This document shows positions 44,226 through 57,154 of a stretch of 64,000 nucleotides of DNA, piece by piece. A program made the position numbers and the translations under genes. The stretch is from the human T2T-CHM13v2.0 reference genome, Homo sapiens. The notes beneath the pieces were generated by a model. It was not told the DNA's origin. It saw nothing but the letters and a program-made list of their open reading frames with translations, and made no database searches. The stretch lies in assembly GCF_009914755.1 (NCBI RefSeq), contig NC_060932.1; one strand, 5' to 3'. Position 1 is the first letter of the stretch. The number at the start of each line of letters is the position of its first letter.

Positions 44226-44417
44226 TCTCAGGAGGCCCAGGTGCTGAAACAATTGGCAGAGAAGAGGGAACACGAGCGAGAAGTCCTTCAGAAGGCTTTG
44301 GAGGAGAACAACAACTTCAGCAAGATGGCGGAGGAAAAGCTGATCCTGAAAATGGAACAAATTAAGGAAAACCGTGAGGCTAATCTAGCTGCTATTATTG
44401 AACGTCTGCAGGAAAAG
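44226..44417 (+). CDS. STMN2: STMN2 exon 4 (tubulin-binding helix; Ser97)
   Basis: tttttcttccccAG|TCTCAGGAG...GAAAAG|gtaatc. Encodes [64 protein letters not shown]. 192 nt, phase 0-0. Confidence 0.98.
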
Positions 44418-46223
44418 GTAATCTCAGCAGAGTCCTGAGCAGATGGATATATTCATATGCAGCACAGCTGGGTGAACTTCCATATGCCTGAGCACAGAGA
44501 CGAAGTCAAAATTTGCTGCAGGTGTGAGGACAACTAACTCCCATGGGCAGGGTCTCACAGTGTAGCATTGAGTTAGCAGGAGGTGCAACATGGTAGAGAA
44601 ATGGGAATCCATCATGAAAGCTGGAATTTTGTCAAATTTTCCCATGGTGAGTGGATTCAGGGAGGCTGATTCATGCTTTTGAAATGTGTAAGACTTCTAT
44701 ACAAGCCTCACGAGGCAATCTGTAGGAAAAATGTTACACTGGAAATATTAATGTCTATATATTATATTGATATAAGTATAAATAACATTTGATTTAATAT
44801 TTGTTTAATATATGACATTAAATATATATTTAATTAAAATATTAAATTAGAAAAATATATTTGCCAGAAAAGGCCAGGGTATTTATGAACACTGGTAAGC
44901 CCATTCTAGGGTATAATAGCATCACATGGGACCATAGCAAAGATTAGCTCATAGGGGATGTTTCATCCAGTTCTGGTATCCTGGTGCCCTTCTCTTCAAC
45001 AACCTAAACATATATTCATTCCCATGAGTCAGGAGGAGCTGTGCTGGAGTTCTTCTGAAAAATGCTGTCTTTCACTTTTGTACTCTCTATGCTGTCTCCC
45101 ACCTATCCCCTCAAAAAACCTTTCCTTTGAAAATATACAGTATAGCTGTGAGTAGTTTAGCTGTGTCCGTTTCCAGAAATTGGAATAAGCATTGAGAAAT
45201 GGGATGTTTGAGAAAGACGCCTCAATCCTTTTCTGAGCAGTCAGTCACCCTTCCCGCCAGTAGCAAGTGCCTTTGTGTGATAGGCATTGGAGATGCAGAG
45301 CAAAACAGGAGTGTGCCTGTCATCAGAGCCCTGAGAGTTTAATTAGATGAGCCTCCTGTTTTCTATTTCTCAGAGTTTCATGTCTTCTGTTAGAGATGGC
45401 CCTTCTCATCTAAGGTTCAAAAAACCTTATCCTGAAGTTCTGATGATTCTGTTTTCATTCTCAGTCTCTGACTGCAAATATCCAACTAGAAACAAAGGAA
45501 ATCAGGCATGAAAACTTTTAAAGATATAATTGCATGGAGATCTTCATTTGTGCTCGTGAGGAATTTTTGAAAGCATTGCTGGGGAAGGGTGTGTGGGCTC
45601 TGATGCAGCAGTAAGACACTGAGGCTCTCAGAGGTCCGTGGACGAGTACTGCTGACTTGGGCAAGAACCGGAATAGTTACCTGATGCCTTATCCGAAACA
45701 TGAAAGTTCGGATTAAATTTGTATTTATAAGCTAGTGTTTTTATACTCTCAGAACAATGTCATTGCGTTTCACCCAAGTGAGTCAAGTCACGATTTGGAA
45801 GAGGCAACAGAATTTGGCTCTCTCCAGGTGATTTATGGCGGTATAGGAACACATGTTTTACTCAGATACAGGGGAGCAAAGTTCCATTTGCTAAAGTTTA
45901 CTCCCCTGACCTTCAACCAGTCAGTCTTCCTCCATCTGCCACCACTTTGCACTTCTCCAGAGAACTAAGGATGTTCCCGCTTGACCAGTGCTCATAACAT
46001 GGACAGCAGAGGGCCACTGTGTGATCTCTTTGAGATCACTGTGACTCAACCTTCATCTCACATCCTAGGCCCTAAAACAATTAAGTGAAGTTGCTAGGAA
46101 CGGTACCTGCTGATCTTATTGCAGCATTCTCAATTAGGCCTCAATGCAAGATTTATATCACTGGCAGTCCTGGAGCATTTTTGTTTTTCAAATTACACAT
46201 ACCCAAACACACGGCATAGCCTC

Positions 46224-46655
<432 letters not shown>

Positions 46656-47363
46656 TAGCCCAGCCATGCTCAGCTCATTTTTGTACTCTTTCCACTCCCA
46701 ACCAAATTTAGTGCCCTCCCCCATACATGCATACATGTACATCTGCACACCACTTTTCCTGCAAATAATCAACCCAAAGAGTGCTTAAAATTCCTGACAT
46801 CAACCCACAGAATCTCCAAGGATGGGACCCAGCATCCATACATTTTAAAAACTCTCCATATAGTTCCAATATGCAGCCAGATTTGAGAACTAGTGGTTCG
46901 TAGCCTGTTCTGATTTAAATCTCAGCTCTCAGCAGTCTATCCCACGTCACATAATGCAGCCCAGAGAAATTCTAGGACCACATTTTTTTCTGGCATTTCA
47001 TAGCTAATGAGGTGCTTTTCAAATCTAATAGGATCTTTGGCCAGTGTCAGTCAAGATCTTTTATCTCCTCAATAAAAAGGAAATACCATATTTACTTTGA
47101 TTTGATGTATATCACATAGGTGGATTTAATACAAAATTGTGGTTTACATATTGTGAATGTGTATACTAAAACTACTTTGCTTTTTCCTAAAATAAGACAA
47201 AGTTTTATATTGGAAGTAATATTTAGCATTTTGTTTGAATGAAGTTACTCCTATTAAATTAGAAATTTAAAAGAGGGTCAGTAATAACAGTAAAGCCAAA
47301 AGGCATGACACTGCCAACGTAACATAAGCTGCTCTGAAATCTACCATATCAAAAGATAATTAT

Positions 47364-47680
47364 GCTGGGCATGGTGGCTCACACCTGTAATCCCAGCACT
47401 TTGGGAGGCCAAGGCAAGAGAATTGCTTGAAGCCAGGAGTTCGAGACCAGCCTGGGAAATATAATGATACCTTGCCTCAAACAAAAATTCAAAAATTAGC
47501 CAGCAGTGGTGGCACACTTGTAAAAATGCCTGTAGTCATAGCTACTTCAGAGGCTGAGATGAAAGGATTGCTTGGGCCAAGGAGTTCGAGACTGCACTCC
47601 AACCTGGGAAATATTGTGCCACTGCACTCCAACCTGGGAAACAGAACAAGACCCTGTCTCTAAAATAAAAAGAAAAAAAA
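47364..47680 (+). mobile_element. AluJ with internal rearrangement
   Basis: Diverged dimer. actgcactccaacctgggaaa appears twice (47591, 47621). Confidence 0.88.
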
Positions 47681-50019
47681 AGATGACCACTTCTGAAATG
47701 ACACCTATCAATGAGTTAATCATTCAATGAATATGTATTGAGTCCCTACTATATGCTTAGGAACCTTTGTAATATCATTACCAACCATGTCTTTCCCAAT
47801 ACAGACAATACAAAATTCAGCAATAAATAATATAGCACCAACAATTAGAGAATAAGACAACATGTAGTATGGTCCAATATAGACAGTAAATACAAAGACA
47901 CTGAATAATATCAGTAAAAGTAAATTCACATCAAGGTCACTACACCATGCGCCCACCCTTATGATAGCCCTCACTGGCCCTATCAATTAAGCAAGAGACA
48001 TGATACAACTCTGTGCAAGCTTTTCCACAATCTGCCTACCATTCAGCACTCAGTCGCTCTTCCCTTCAATTAAGAGAATTGAGCATTCAAGCATATTTTC
48101 ACCATGATGCCCATAATGGTATCTTCAATGTCACTGACTGATAAATTCCCAGAAACCCCTCAGAGCCCCAGCCATGTTAGCTCAAAGCCTTTAGCTAAAA
48201 CTGAAAGCCTAAAGCAAAAGCAGCCCTGGCTGCACTTCGGAATCTACTGGACAGCTCTTTAAGGGATTCTGATTTAATGTCTGGAATAGGGCCAAGAACC
48301 TTGTATTATTTTAAAGGCTCACTAGTAGGCTCTAATATTTAGCCGTGGTTGAGAACCACTGTGCTAAATGTTTCTTAAATATGCTTTGTGATGTCATCAT
48401 AAATTATATTTTAGTATTTTTTGTCTTTGTTGCATAAGTGTTCTTTCTTCCTCCAAAGAAGAATGTTACACTCATTTCTTATTTCAGTTTCCTGTTTTCA
48501 TAGCACCTCATCTTAACACTCCAGGCTATTATATAGAAAAGAATCAAATGTGGAGAAGGCTGTGGGAGAAGGGATGCCTGTGCCACAAAGGCCTGCATTA
48601 GGCTGACCTATTGATGTCATATCCAGGACTCAAAAGACTAGTCTGTGGATTATGACTGGTGAAGTTCAAAATGTTCTTATTCTTAGAGTGGTATGAGAAG
48701 TAGAAAGAGAGAGAAACAGAGAAGGGGAGGAGAGGGGAAGAGAGGAAGATGAGAGAAAGGAAAGAGAGGGGGAAACACCTGTTCTTGACATACAGGAATG
48801 ATTCAAGACATTTTCTTCCTCCCCTGATGTGTCCCTTTCTCCCCTAACGCACTATGCAGCATCCTGCAGAAAATTCACCACCTGACCCTTTTAGAAACCC
48901 TGAGTAGTAGGAGCGCCAAATGACCCAATCAAGAATTGCAGTGAGACAGTTAGTTTTGAAAAATCAGTTAAAGCATGTATAATCATTTTAACAACAATAC
49001 ATCTATTCACTAAACATATAATTTTAATGTCAAATATTTACGTGTAAACATATTGACCAATCTTTCGATGTAGTTGGGCCCAATACCTTTTCCAAAAATT
49101 GATCAGTTAATGGGGGTTCTATGGGGGTTTCTTTTCTTGCCATTATTCACACTTATGTCACATTAGCTATGATTTGCAGTTTTAATTTCTTTAAAATTGA
49201 GTAGGGACTAAAGACATCTCCAAAAAGCCTGGATATAGACTTTTTACAACTTTTCCATAGCTTTTATAGTTGACTCACCCAGTATCTACTAAATACTTCA
49301 CTTTCTCACGTATTTCCAAAGGTTTCTCTCCACCCTCACAATTTTCCATTAATGTAGTACTTAATTAAATTAGATAGTTAAATTTTCAAATGTGAATTGC
49401 TAAACAGGTGTGGAAATACCATTGGCTATAATCAAGCATATAACACAACCATTTGAGAAGGAAAGTATGTGGCAATATTAGGGAAGAGCCCTTTCCTCTC
49501 AAGCAATTCAGCATTTAGGAACCATCAGACAGCAGGACGATGGAAGGAACAGAGAGGGTTAACATGGCAAGTTACTGAAGAGGACTTCTACTGAATCTTG
49601 TTGAATTCCCCACTTAATCCAGATTGTATCATATCTTCTTTCTTTTGTAATTCTACCATATCATCTTAGTCAATGCCAAGACTTCTGAGCTCATAACATG
49701 GTAACAAATACCAAAGGAGCTTTCAGTATCGTTTAGAAAGGAGAGAAGCAAGTAACCCAGACAAACTTGACAACTGCTTTCCCCTATCCAACCATGAAGT
49801 ACAGTACTTAGGAAATAAAAGAAATTGCTTCACTATAATTCATCATTTCACTTCTAATATCTAGAAAATGTCAAATGAAAATATTATAGCCATATTTTAG
49901 TGGCAATAGTAGCACATAATATGATGCAACTTAAAATGATAAAAATATTTTCAGGGAATAAGATTCTGTGATTCTTTCCCTAAGAGGTAATTTTGATAAT
50001 ATGTACCTGTTTTGTAAAT

Positions 50020-50735
50020 GTCAATAGTCTTGGGGATACAGGTGGTGTTTGGTTACATGGAAAAGTTCCTTAGTGGTGATTTCTGAGATTTTAGTGCACC
50101 CAATACCCAAGCAGTGTACACTGTACCCAATATGTAGTCTTTCATCCCTCGCCCCCACTCCCAACCTTCCCCCACAAGTCTCTAAAGTCCATTATATCAC
50201 TCTTATATCTTTGCATACTCATAGCTTAGCTCCCACTTATGAGAACATATGATAGTTAGTGCTCAATTCCTGAGTTACTTCACTTAGAATAATGGCCTCC
50301 AGCTCCACCCAAGTTGCTGCAAAAGACACTATTTAGTTCCTTTTTATGGCTGAGTAGTATTACATGGTGTATATATACCACATTTTATTTATCCACTTGT
50401 TGGTCAATGGACACTTAACATTAGTTCCATATCTTTGTAATTTCAAGTTGTGCTGCTATAAGCATGCATGAGCCTGTGTCTTTTTCATATAATTACTTCT
50501 TTTCCTTTGGGTAGATACCCAGCAGTGGGATTGCTGGATCAAATGATAGTTCTACTTTCAGTTCTTTATGTTTTCCACAGTGGTCATACTAATTTACATT
50601 CCCATCAACAGTGTAAAGTGTTCCCTTTTCATCACACCCATGCCAACACCTATTGTTTTTTGACTTTTTAATTACGGCCATTCTTGCAGGAGTAAGGTGG
50701 TATTTCATTGTGGTTTTAATTTGCATTTCCCTGAT
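50020..50735 (-). mobile_element. L1PB-type 3' end
   Basis: caggtggtgtttggttacatgg...agtggtgatttctgagattt...gcttagctcccacttatgag...ttgcatttccctgat. Confidence 0.88.
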
Positions 50736-52614
50736 GTTGACAATATTTAACTCTTTAGTTATAGATTCCAGCTATTATCAATTTACACCTATTGCATTCT
50801 TCTCATCTTTTGTTTTCTTGTGATTCTGATGCACAAATATCATTTGTGCAACCACTTACTGTTGAACATGTCTGATGAACACTTACTATTGAACATGTCT
50901 GATGAATGAATAATGAAATAGGAAAAGGGATTAAAACTAGCCTTTATTAATTGTTTGCTATAGGCCAGACATTTTTGGATGTACTATCACATTTCATCCA
51001 AACAACAACCTAAAAGAAAATACTGTGATTATCCCCATTTCACATCTAAGGAACCTGGTCTTTAGGAAGATTAAGTCATTTGGCCAAGATCACAAGTAGA
51101 CCACAGAGACTAGATTTGAATGCAAGTCTGTTTGACTCCAAACCTTTTTACTATCTGCCCATGACCCCTGATCACCAACATCTCAATGTATGAACATGTG
51201 CTTTCTTAGCTCACACAACTCACTCCTGACCCCTTTTTTATATTGCAAGTGCATAGTCATTAGTAAAAAGAAGGATTTTTGATGATACTGACCTCATCTT
51301 GAATTTAATTAGGCTCATATGACAGAATTCCATAGATGGAATTGACATCCTAGGTCATATAGTCCAAGTCCTTGTTTATATTTGATACCTAGTGAGATTA
51401 AAGGGACATTAAAAAGTAAAGAAAGGAAAGACCTCATATTTCTTACCTTCCAGTAGAGAAATCTTTCTATGAAATCAGAGGAAAGAATTAGAGGACCAGA
51501 ATTTTTCCTAAAATCAACTTTCATACATCTTTTTTCATATAAAAGGCATAGCTGCATACAATGCTAAAATATTGTATTACATTTCCTTTATATTGATGGG
51601 AGGAAGGGGGTAAATTGCAGAAAACATTGTAAATTTAGATATGCTTGGGCCTCTGACAGTGCCTAGCAAATATCAGGAGATCAATAATGAAATAAATATT
51701 ATCAAAGAGTAGTCTTCTTGATGAACCTTCTCTGAGTATCACAACTGCTTTAGGAACCTCTAGATTCAAGGTCTAGTAATTGCAAACAGTGAGCTGATAA
51801 GAAAAACAGACTGTATGGGAAATTACATGCTTCCTGCATGACTGCCTTTTGTTCTCCCACATTTTGATATAAAGTCACATTAACAGTTCATGAGTAAATA
51901 TTCGATAATGTGAACGTAAAGTGTTCAAATAATAGAGTGACTAAAATGCCTGAAAACAAATAATTTTTAATTAGAAACTCATAATCATTTATTTTCTCTT
52001 TTTCCACATTATCTCAAGCTCACAAATTATATTTATTCTTTCCTATGGCAAAATCCATTTTGTTAACACTAATTTTGAGTTTAACAAGAAGTGTACTCCA
52101 AAGTAGCCTAATAATACTAATTATAATGTTTCCTGCTATGTTATCAGTTTGAATTTATATGAATCTTTAGACTTGAGGCTTCTTTTTCCTAGCATAGTGA
52201 TGGTCTGGGCTTTTTCTCAATTTTTGCCAGAGCTCAGCTCTCACTAATTAGTTTCTTTCTGCATGAGAAAAAGATTTTGCTTCATCTTTTTCCTTATAAT
52301 AGCAGAACAAAAAGAAGAATCAGCTGCATCCATGCTAATTTCCCCTGTGACATTTCCAAACAGGATTTGATTTCTCTATGCATGCCTCTTTCCTTCTCTT
52401 CATGGTTTTTGAACATATACAAAAGCTCATTTAAACCAATTAAATAAAATTGTTTTTAATCTCTTTCTCTAGAGTCAACTTCCTGCTTACTCCAACTCTG
52501 TATCTTTGAAGGAAGTATAGGGTGGTCTATGCCTTTTTTCTCCCAGAATCTACACTTGAAAAGACACATTTTTCCATGCAACTATAAAATGTTCTCCTCA
52601 CTCAACATTGAAAT

Positions 52615-52870
52615 TGTATAGCAGTGATTAAGAGAGTGAGCTGTAGAGCCAGGTTCCCTGGGTTTAAATCCCACTTGTTAGTATCATGAAGATGGGCAAG
52701 TTACTTACCCTTCCTGTGTTTCAGTTTCTTCATCTGCAAAATGGGGACAATAATAGAATGTCCACTATAAGATTATTGTGAGGATTAAGGGAATTAATAC
52801 AGGTAAAACGTGTACTGATGCAGGTCTGGTACACATTAAGTGCCTAATAAATATTCAGTATTATGATATA
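52615..52870 (+). mobile_element. MIR SINE
   Basis: gggcaagttacttacccttcctgtgtttcagtttcttcatctgcaaaatggggacaataatag...ttgtgaggattaa. Confidence 0.85.
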
Positions 52871-52934
52871 AAGAACCCTATAAGTGTAGACTCCTTGAGA
52901 TTAATAGAGTTTAACGATAAGTTTTACTTTATAG

Positions 52935-53016
52935 CTGGTCAAGTTTATTTCTTCTGAACTAAAAGAATCTATAGAGTCTCAATTTCTGGAGCTTCAGAGG
53001 GAAGGAGAGAAGCAAT
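52935..53016 (+). CDS. STMN2: STMN2 alternative cassette exon (187-aa isoform C-terminus)
   Basis: ttttactttatAG|CTGGTCAAG...AAGCAAT|gtaagc. Open in phase 0: LVKFISSELKESIESQFLELQREGEKQ. The final T plus GA of exon 5 makes TGA. Consistent with my recollection of a longer annotated isoform. Confidence 0.82.
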
Positions 53017-53123
53017 GTAAGCAACATTCTACAGAAATATAAATAATACTACTAATAATTAGCATCTTAAAATTTCAATTCAATGAACATTTATTTAGCG
53101 CCTATGATATATGCAAGACAGTT

Positions 53124-53207
53124 TGATTTTAGTCATCTGATGTATAGCCACATACTAAAAAATACTGATTTTAGTCATCTGATGTATAGCCACATACTAA
53201 AAAATAC
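53124..53207. repeat. Perfect 42-bp tandem duplication
   Basis: tgattttagtcatctgatgtatagccacatactaaaaaatac, two identical copies. Confidence 0.95.
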
Positions 53208-54169
53208 TTCCTCCATCAGTTCCCTCCTCAGGAAGTTCAGTTCCCAACCCCAGGCTAGTACCTTGGTTCCTTATGTAAATAAACATCCACCAATTACATG
53301 CTATCTGCAAAGCACTCTGCTAGGCCCTGCAAATGGAAAAAAAAATGATAAAACATAGTCCAGGCCCTCAATGAGCTTACAGTCAAATATAATAGAGGAG
53401 ACAAGAACAGAGAGGCTCATAATACAACTAGAATAAAATGACTGCCGAATAAAAGGAAAGATTTATGCAGGTGTTCAAATGGAAAGTGAGATAAGTTTGC
53501 AGGTTAGTCTTTGCAGTCTCATAAAAATCTTTATGGAGAAAAGGACAATGGTCATAGGGCTTAAAGAGTAAGTTTATAATCCTGACCAGTGGAGATGAAA
53601 GACTAGCATTGAAAATTGCATGACAAGACAATTCCATTAAACTGAAACATCAAGTGTGTGTAGGAAAAGATGGGGGTTATGACTGGAAACGTCACTTGGA
53701 CTGCAATTATGAAGGGCCTTGACAAACAGGTCAAGAGTTTAAGAAGCAGTATAGAAAGTCTTCGTCCTGGATCTAGCCCTCCCAGAGTGTCCATCAGGAT
53801 TATAAAGTCCTTAAAATATTAGTCAAAAGGAACGACATCATTAGAAATGATAGAGAAACAATAATGTGATGTTTTATTACCTTTCTCTGGATTTATACTC
53901 TGATCCTAATATTCAAAACTATCTTAATAACATGAACTTTTGGTCATAGTTTTAAACAAAAACAGTGTTAAATATATTTTTTAAAACACAGTAAGTCTTG
54001 TAAGATCTTTTCTAACATGACATTTTGCAGGGCCCATATTTTCCTTCTGAAATGGGAAAAATTCATAAAAGTAGACACCAAACTGGGTTACTTCTAGTCA
54101 AGCGCATGGTACGCAAAGGACCAGACAAAAAGGGCCTGTGACATTTCTTCTTCCTTTTGTGTTTTTTAG

Positions 54170-54229
54170 GAGAGGCATGCTGCGGAGGTGCGCAGGAACA
54201 AGGAACTCCAGGTTGAACTGTCTGGCTGA
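54170..54229 (+). CDS. STMN2: STMN2 exon 5, coding part
   Basis: ttttgtgttttttAG|GAGAGGCAT...TCTGGCTGA. Encodes ERHAAEVRRNKELQVELSG*. Confidence 0.97.
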   Translation, partial: ERHAAEVRRNKELQVELSG

Positions 54230-55535
54230 AGCAAGGGAGGGTCTGGCACGCCCCACCAATAGTAAATCCCCCTGCCTATATTATAATGGATCATGCGATA
54301 TCAGGATGGGGAATGTATGACATGGTTTAAAAAGAACTCATTATAAAAAAAAAAAAACAAAAAAAATCAAAAATTAAAAAAAATCAATGCGGTCTCTTTG
54401 CAGAATGTTTTGCTTGATGTTTAAAAAATACCTTGGATCTTATTTTGTAAATACTTACATTTTTGTTAAAAAATACAAGTATTGCATTATGCAAGTTATT
54501 TCATAATCTTACATGTCCTGTAACAGGCTTTTGATGTTGTGTCTTTCCACTCAAATGAATTTGCTAGGTCTGTTCTTTTTGAAGCTCCCCATGTCTAACT
54601 CCATTCCAAAAGAAAAATGAGGTCAGTAGACAGTCTATGGTGCTAGAAACCCACCATTGCCTAATGACCTAGAAGGCTTTGTTGTCTCTGAGCTTGACTA
54701 AGACCATACCTAGATCACAGGTATTATGACTCCACATGAACCTTCACATTTGTTCGCTCATAATCTACTTACTGCCTAAAAACTACAAAACCAGGCTAAG
54801 AAATACCACCAGTCATAGCATTTACTTCTGCTTCTCCTGGATTATGTGCTACAAATGTGCTTTGGCTTTAGAAAGGGATGGATGAGAAGACAGACCTGAG
54901 ACCAATCTGGGTAGAAGCAAAAAGTTGAACCTTTTAAAGTGCTGAACACAAATCCAAATTCGAATGGTTCAAGCAGCCGTGAAATCGCTCTTCATAAAGT
55001 GGGCTTAATTCTCTAGTTTAAGTTCTTTTGATGGAATGAATTAATTAATGTGTCAGGTGGCTTATTTGTGGATGCCATGATTGATGATGTTCATTTTAAG
55101 CTCTTACCTATAGTACAAGTACATGATGCTACTGAATATTTTTCCACTTGGAAACTGTGAGCTGGTTGTTGCATTAAAACACACATACAAACAAAATCAA
55201 AAACACTGCGGACTTTCACTCAAGCTGGTCTTTCTTCCCCAGTGTAAGGCAATCCTGCCTACTAACAACACCAACAACAAAACACTCCATCTGTGAAGCT
55301 GACGCAGTTAAGGGGGCTAGGCAGGGCATTTGTGCCAACTAAGAATCACCAGATACCCACCATAAGTACCTATCGCAGTTTTGAAGTCGTTTCTCCCCAA
55401 CTCCCAACTCCTGAAGGTTGCTGCCTGCATATTTACTCTTCATTAGTGCTATTTTCCTGTATGTCATTGTGAGCAAGCTGTGATTAATAAAGAATTGGAG
55501 TTCTGTGAACTAATAAAGGTTTGGTCTGTTCTCTT
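54230..55535 (+). other. STMN2: STMN2 3'UTR
   Basis: No recognisable interspersed repeats. AU-rich, runs from the stop codon to tandem AATAAA signals. Confidence 0.85.
55486..55517 (+). terminator. Tandem distal poly(A) signals
   Basis: AATAAA at 55486-55491 and 55512-55517, followed by GU/U-rich ggtttggtctgttctcttgcctcttcatgtgtc. Confidence 0.88.
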
Positions 55536-56554
55536 GCCTCTTCATGTGTCTGACCCTGGAGTTCAGATTTTAAAAGGGCAGCCACTGAATTAGACAATCT
55601 CACAAGCAAAGAGATAATAAGGAGAGTTTGAAGGAAACCAGTGCCCTGCTGAGTCATTTCCCTTTGGGAACAGCAGGCCGCATCTCTTTTCTCTTGCCCT
55701 CTGATGGGCCAACACTGTGGGAGAGGTCTTCAATCTGCTCCCTTTAAAAACATACAGGACTGAACAAGATACCACAAAATGCAGACTGATAATTCTGAGG
55801 AAGTGAGCCCTTTTCAAAACATTGAAGGTTCCTGGCATTATCTCAAGTTCTCCCCTGTGGCCCACAGAACGCCTCCCCCAGCCTAGGCCGTCTGTTAAGA
55901 TGTGATCCCTGACGTACTGCTGAATTTTGTACTGCCAATAAACACACTGCACACATGGGCGCAGCAGGGTCCTGTCAGTGACCCAAATGGATCTTACAGG
56001 ACCAAAGGAACCACATCCAGTTTTAGCAGAAAATCATAAATAATTGAAACCACACAGATTTGTGAATAAGTACAGTGGGCTATGGTCCATAGGAGCTCTA
56101 ACAAGCCAAGTTTAGGGTTGCGGCCACCTGGTCTCTATTTTGAATATCCTTTAATATTTGTGGGAATCTAATACTGCTACAAACAATGCCTGAGCTTGAT
56201 GTGAAACACATGAGCTTCCAATGAGCATGAAATGAGTTGTCTCTTCATACTGGTTTTCTATAGCTTAGTTTGGAAAACATTACCCGAATTACTCATTGGG
56301 TCAGACCCTATGATAAGCCCTGGAAACATGAACATGAATGACCACAAGAAGCTCATAATCCAGTAGCTTATTTGGGCCCCAAAACAGCAAACATGATATG
56401 TTGGTCAGCCCTCTGCAGCATATTTGGGGAAAATGGATCATTTCTAAGAAGTTTCTGAAATATTAGAAATATTTGACAAACTTCTCATAGTACTTTGTAT
56501 GAGAACTGAAACTGCTGACCAGTCCAGCTGCCTAATCTCAAAGATGAAGAAGCA

Positions 56555-56863
56555 GGCCGGGCACGGTGGCTCATGCCTGTAATCCCAACACTTTGGGAGG
56601 CCAGGGCAGGCAGATCACTTGAAGGGAGGAGTTCGAGACCAGCCTGGGAAACAAGGTGAAATATCTTTTCTACAAAAAAAAATACAAAAAGTAGCCAGGC
56701 ATGCTGGGGAGTAACTGTAGTCTCAGCTACTTGAAAGGATGAGATAGGAGAATGACCTGAGCCTGGGGAGATCAAGGCTGCAGTGAGCTGAGATCACACC
56801 GCTGCACTCCAGCCTGGGTGACAGAACGAGACCATGTCTCAAAAAAAAAAAAAAAAAAAAAAG
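56555..56863 (+). mobile_element. AluJ
   Basis: Dimer with J-type gatcaaggctgcagtgagc and a long A tail. Confidence 0.92.
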
Positions 56864-56969
56864 CGAAAAAGCAGAGGAGGGAAAGGTGAGTGGTTGGCTC
56901 CAGACCACAGTGCCCACATCTCATGACTTCTTCTTCCCTTATTTGAGGTCCTCAGAAGAACATCTCCAA

Positions 56970-57154
56970 GTTGGGTGCAGCATATACTGCTTGGGTGATG
57001 GGTGTACCAAACTCTCACAAATAACCACGAAAGTACTTACTCATGTAACCAAATACCACCTGTTTCCCAAAAACCTATAGAAATAAAAAAGCAAAAAAAA
57101 ATTTAAAAGAAAAATAAATAAATAAAAGAGCATAATTCACAATGGGGGGAAAAA
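56970..57154 (+). mobile_element. 5'-truncated L1PB-type 3' end with TSD
   Basis: tactgcttgggtgatgggtgtaccaaa...catgtaaccaaataccacctgtttcccaaaaacctat + A tail. TSD aagaaca(t/c)ctccaa at 56956-56969 and 57155-57168. Confidence 0.8.

Noticed and set aside
54138-54320. 60-aa ORF overlapping exon 5
   Set aside because: Alternative frame that starts in the intron. The spliced frame ends at TGA 54227-54229.
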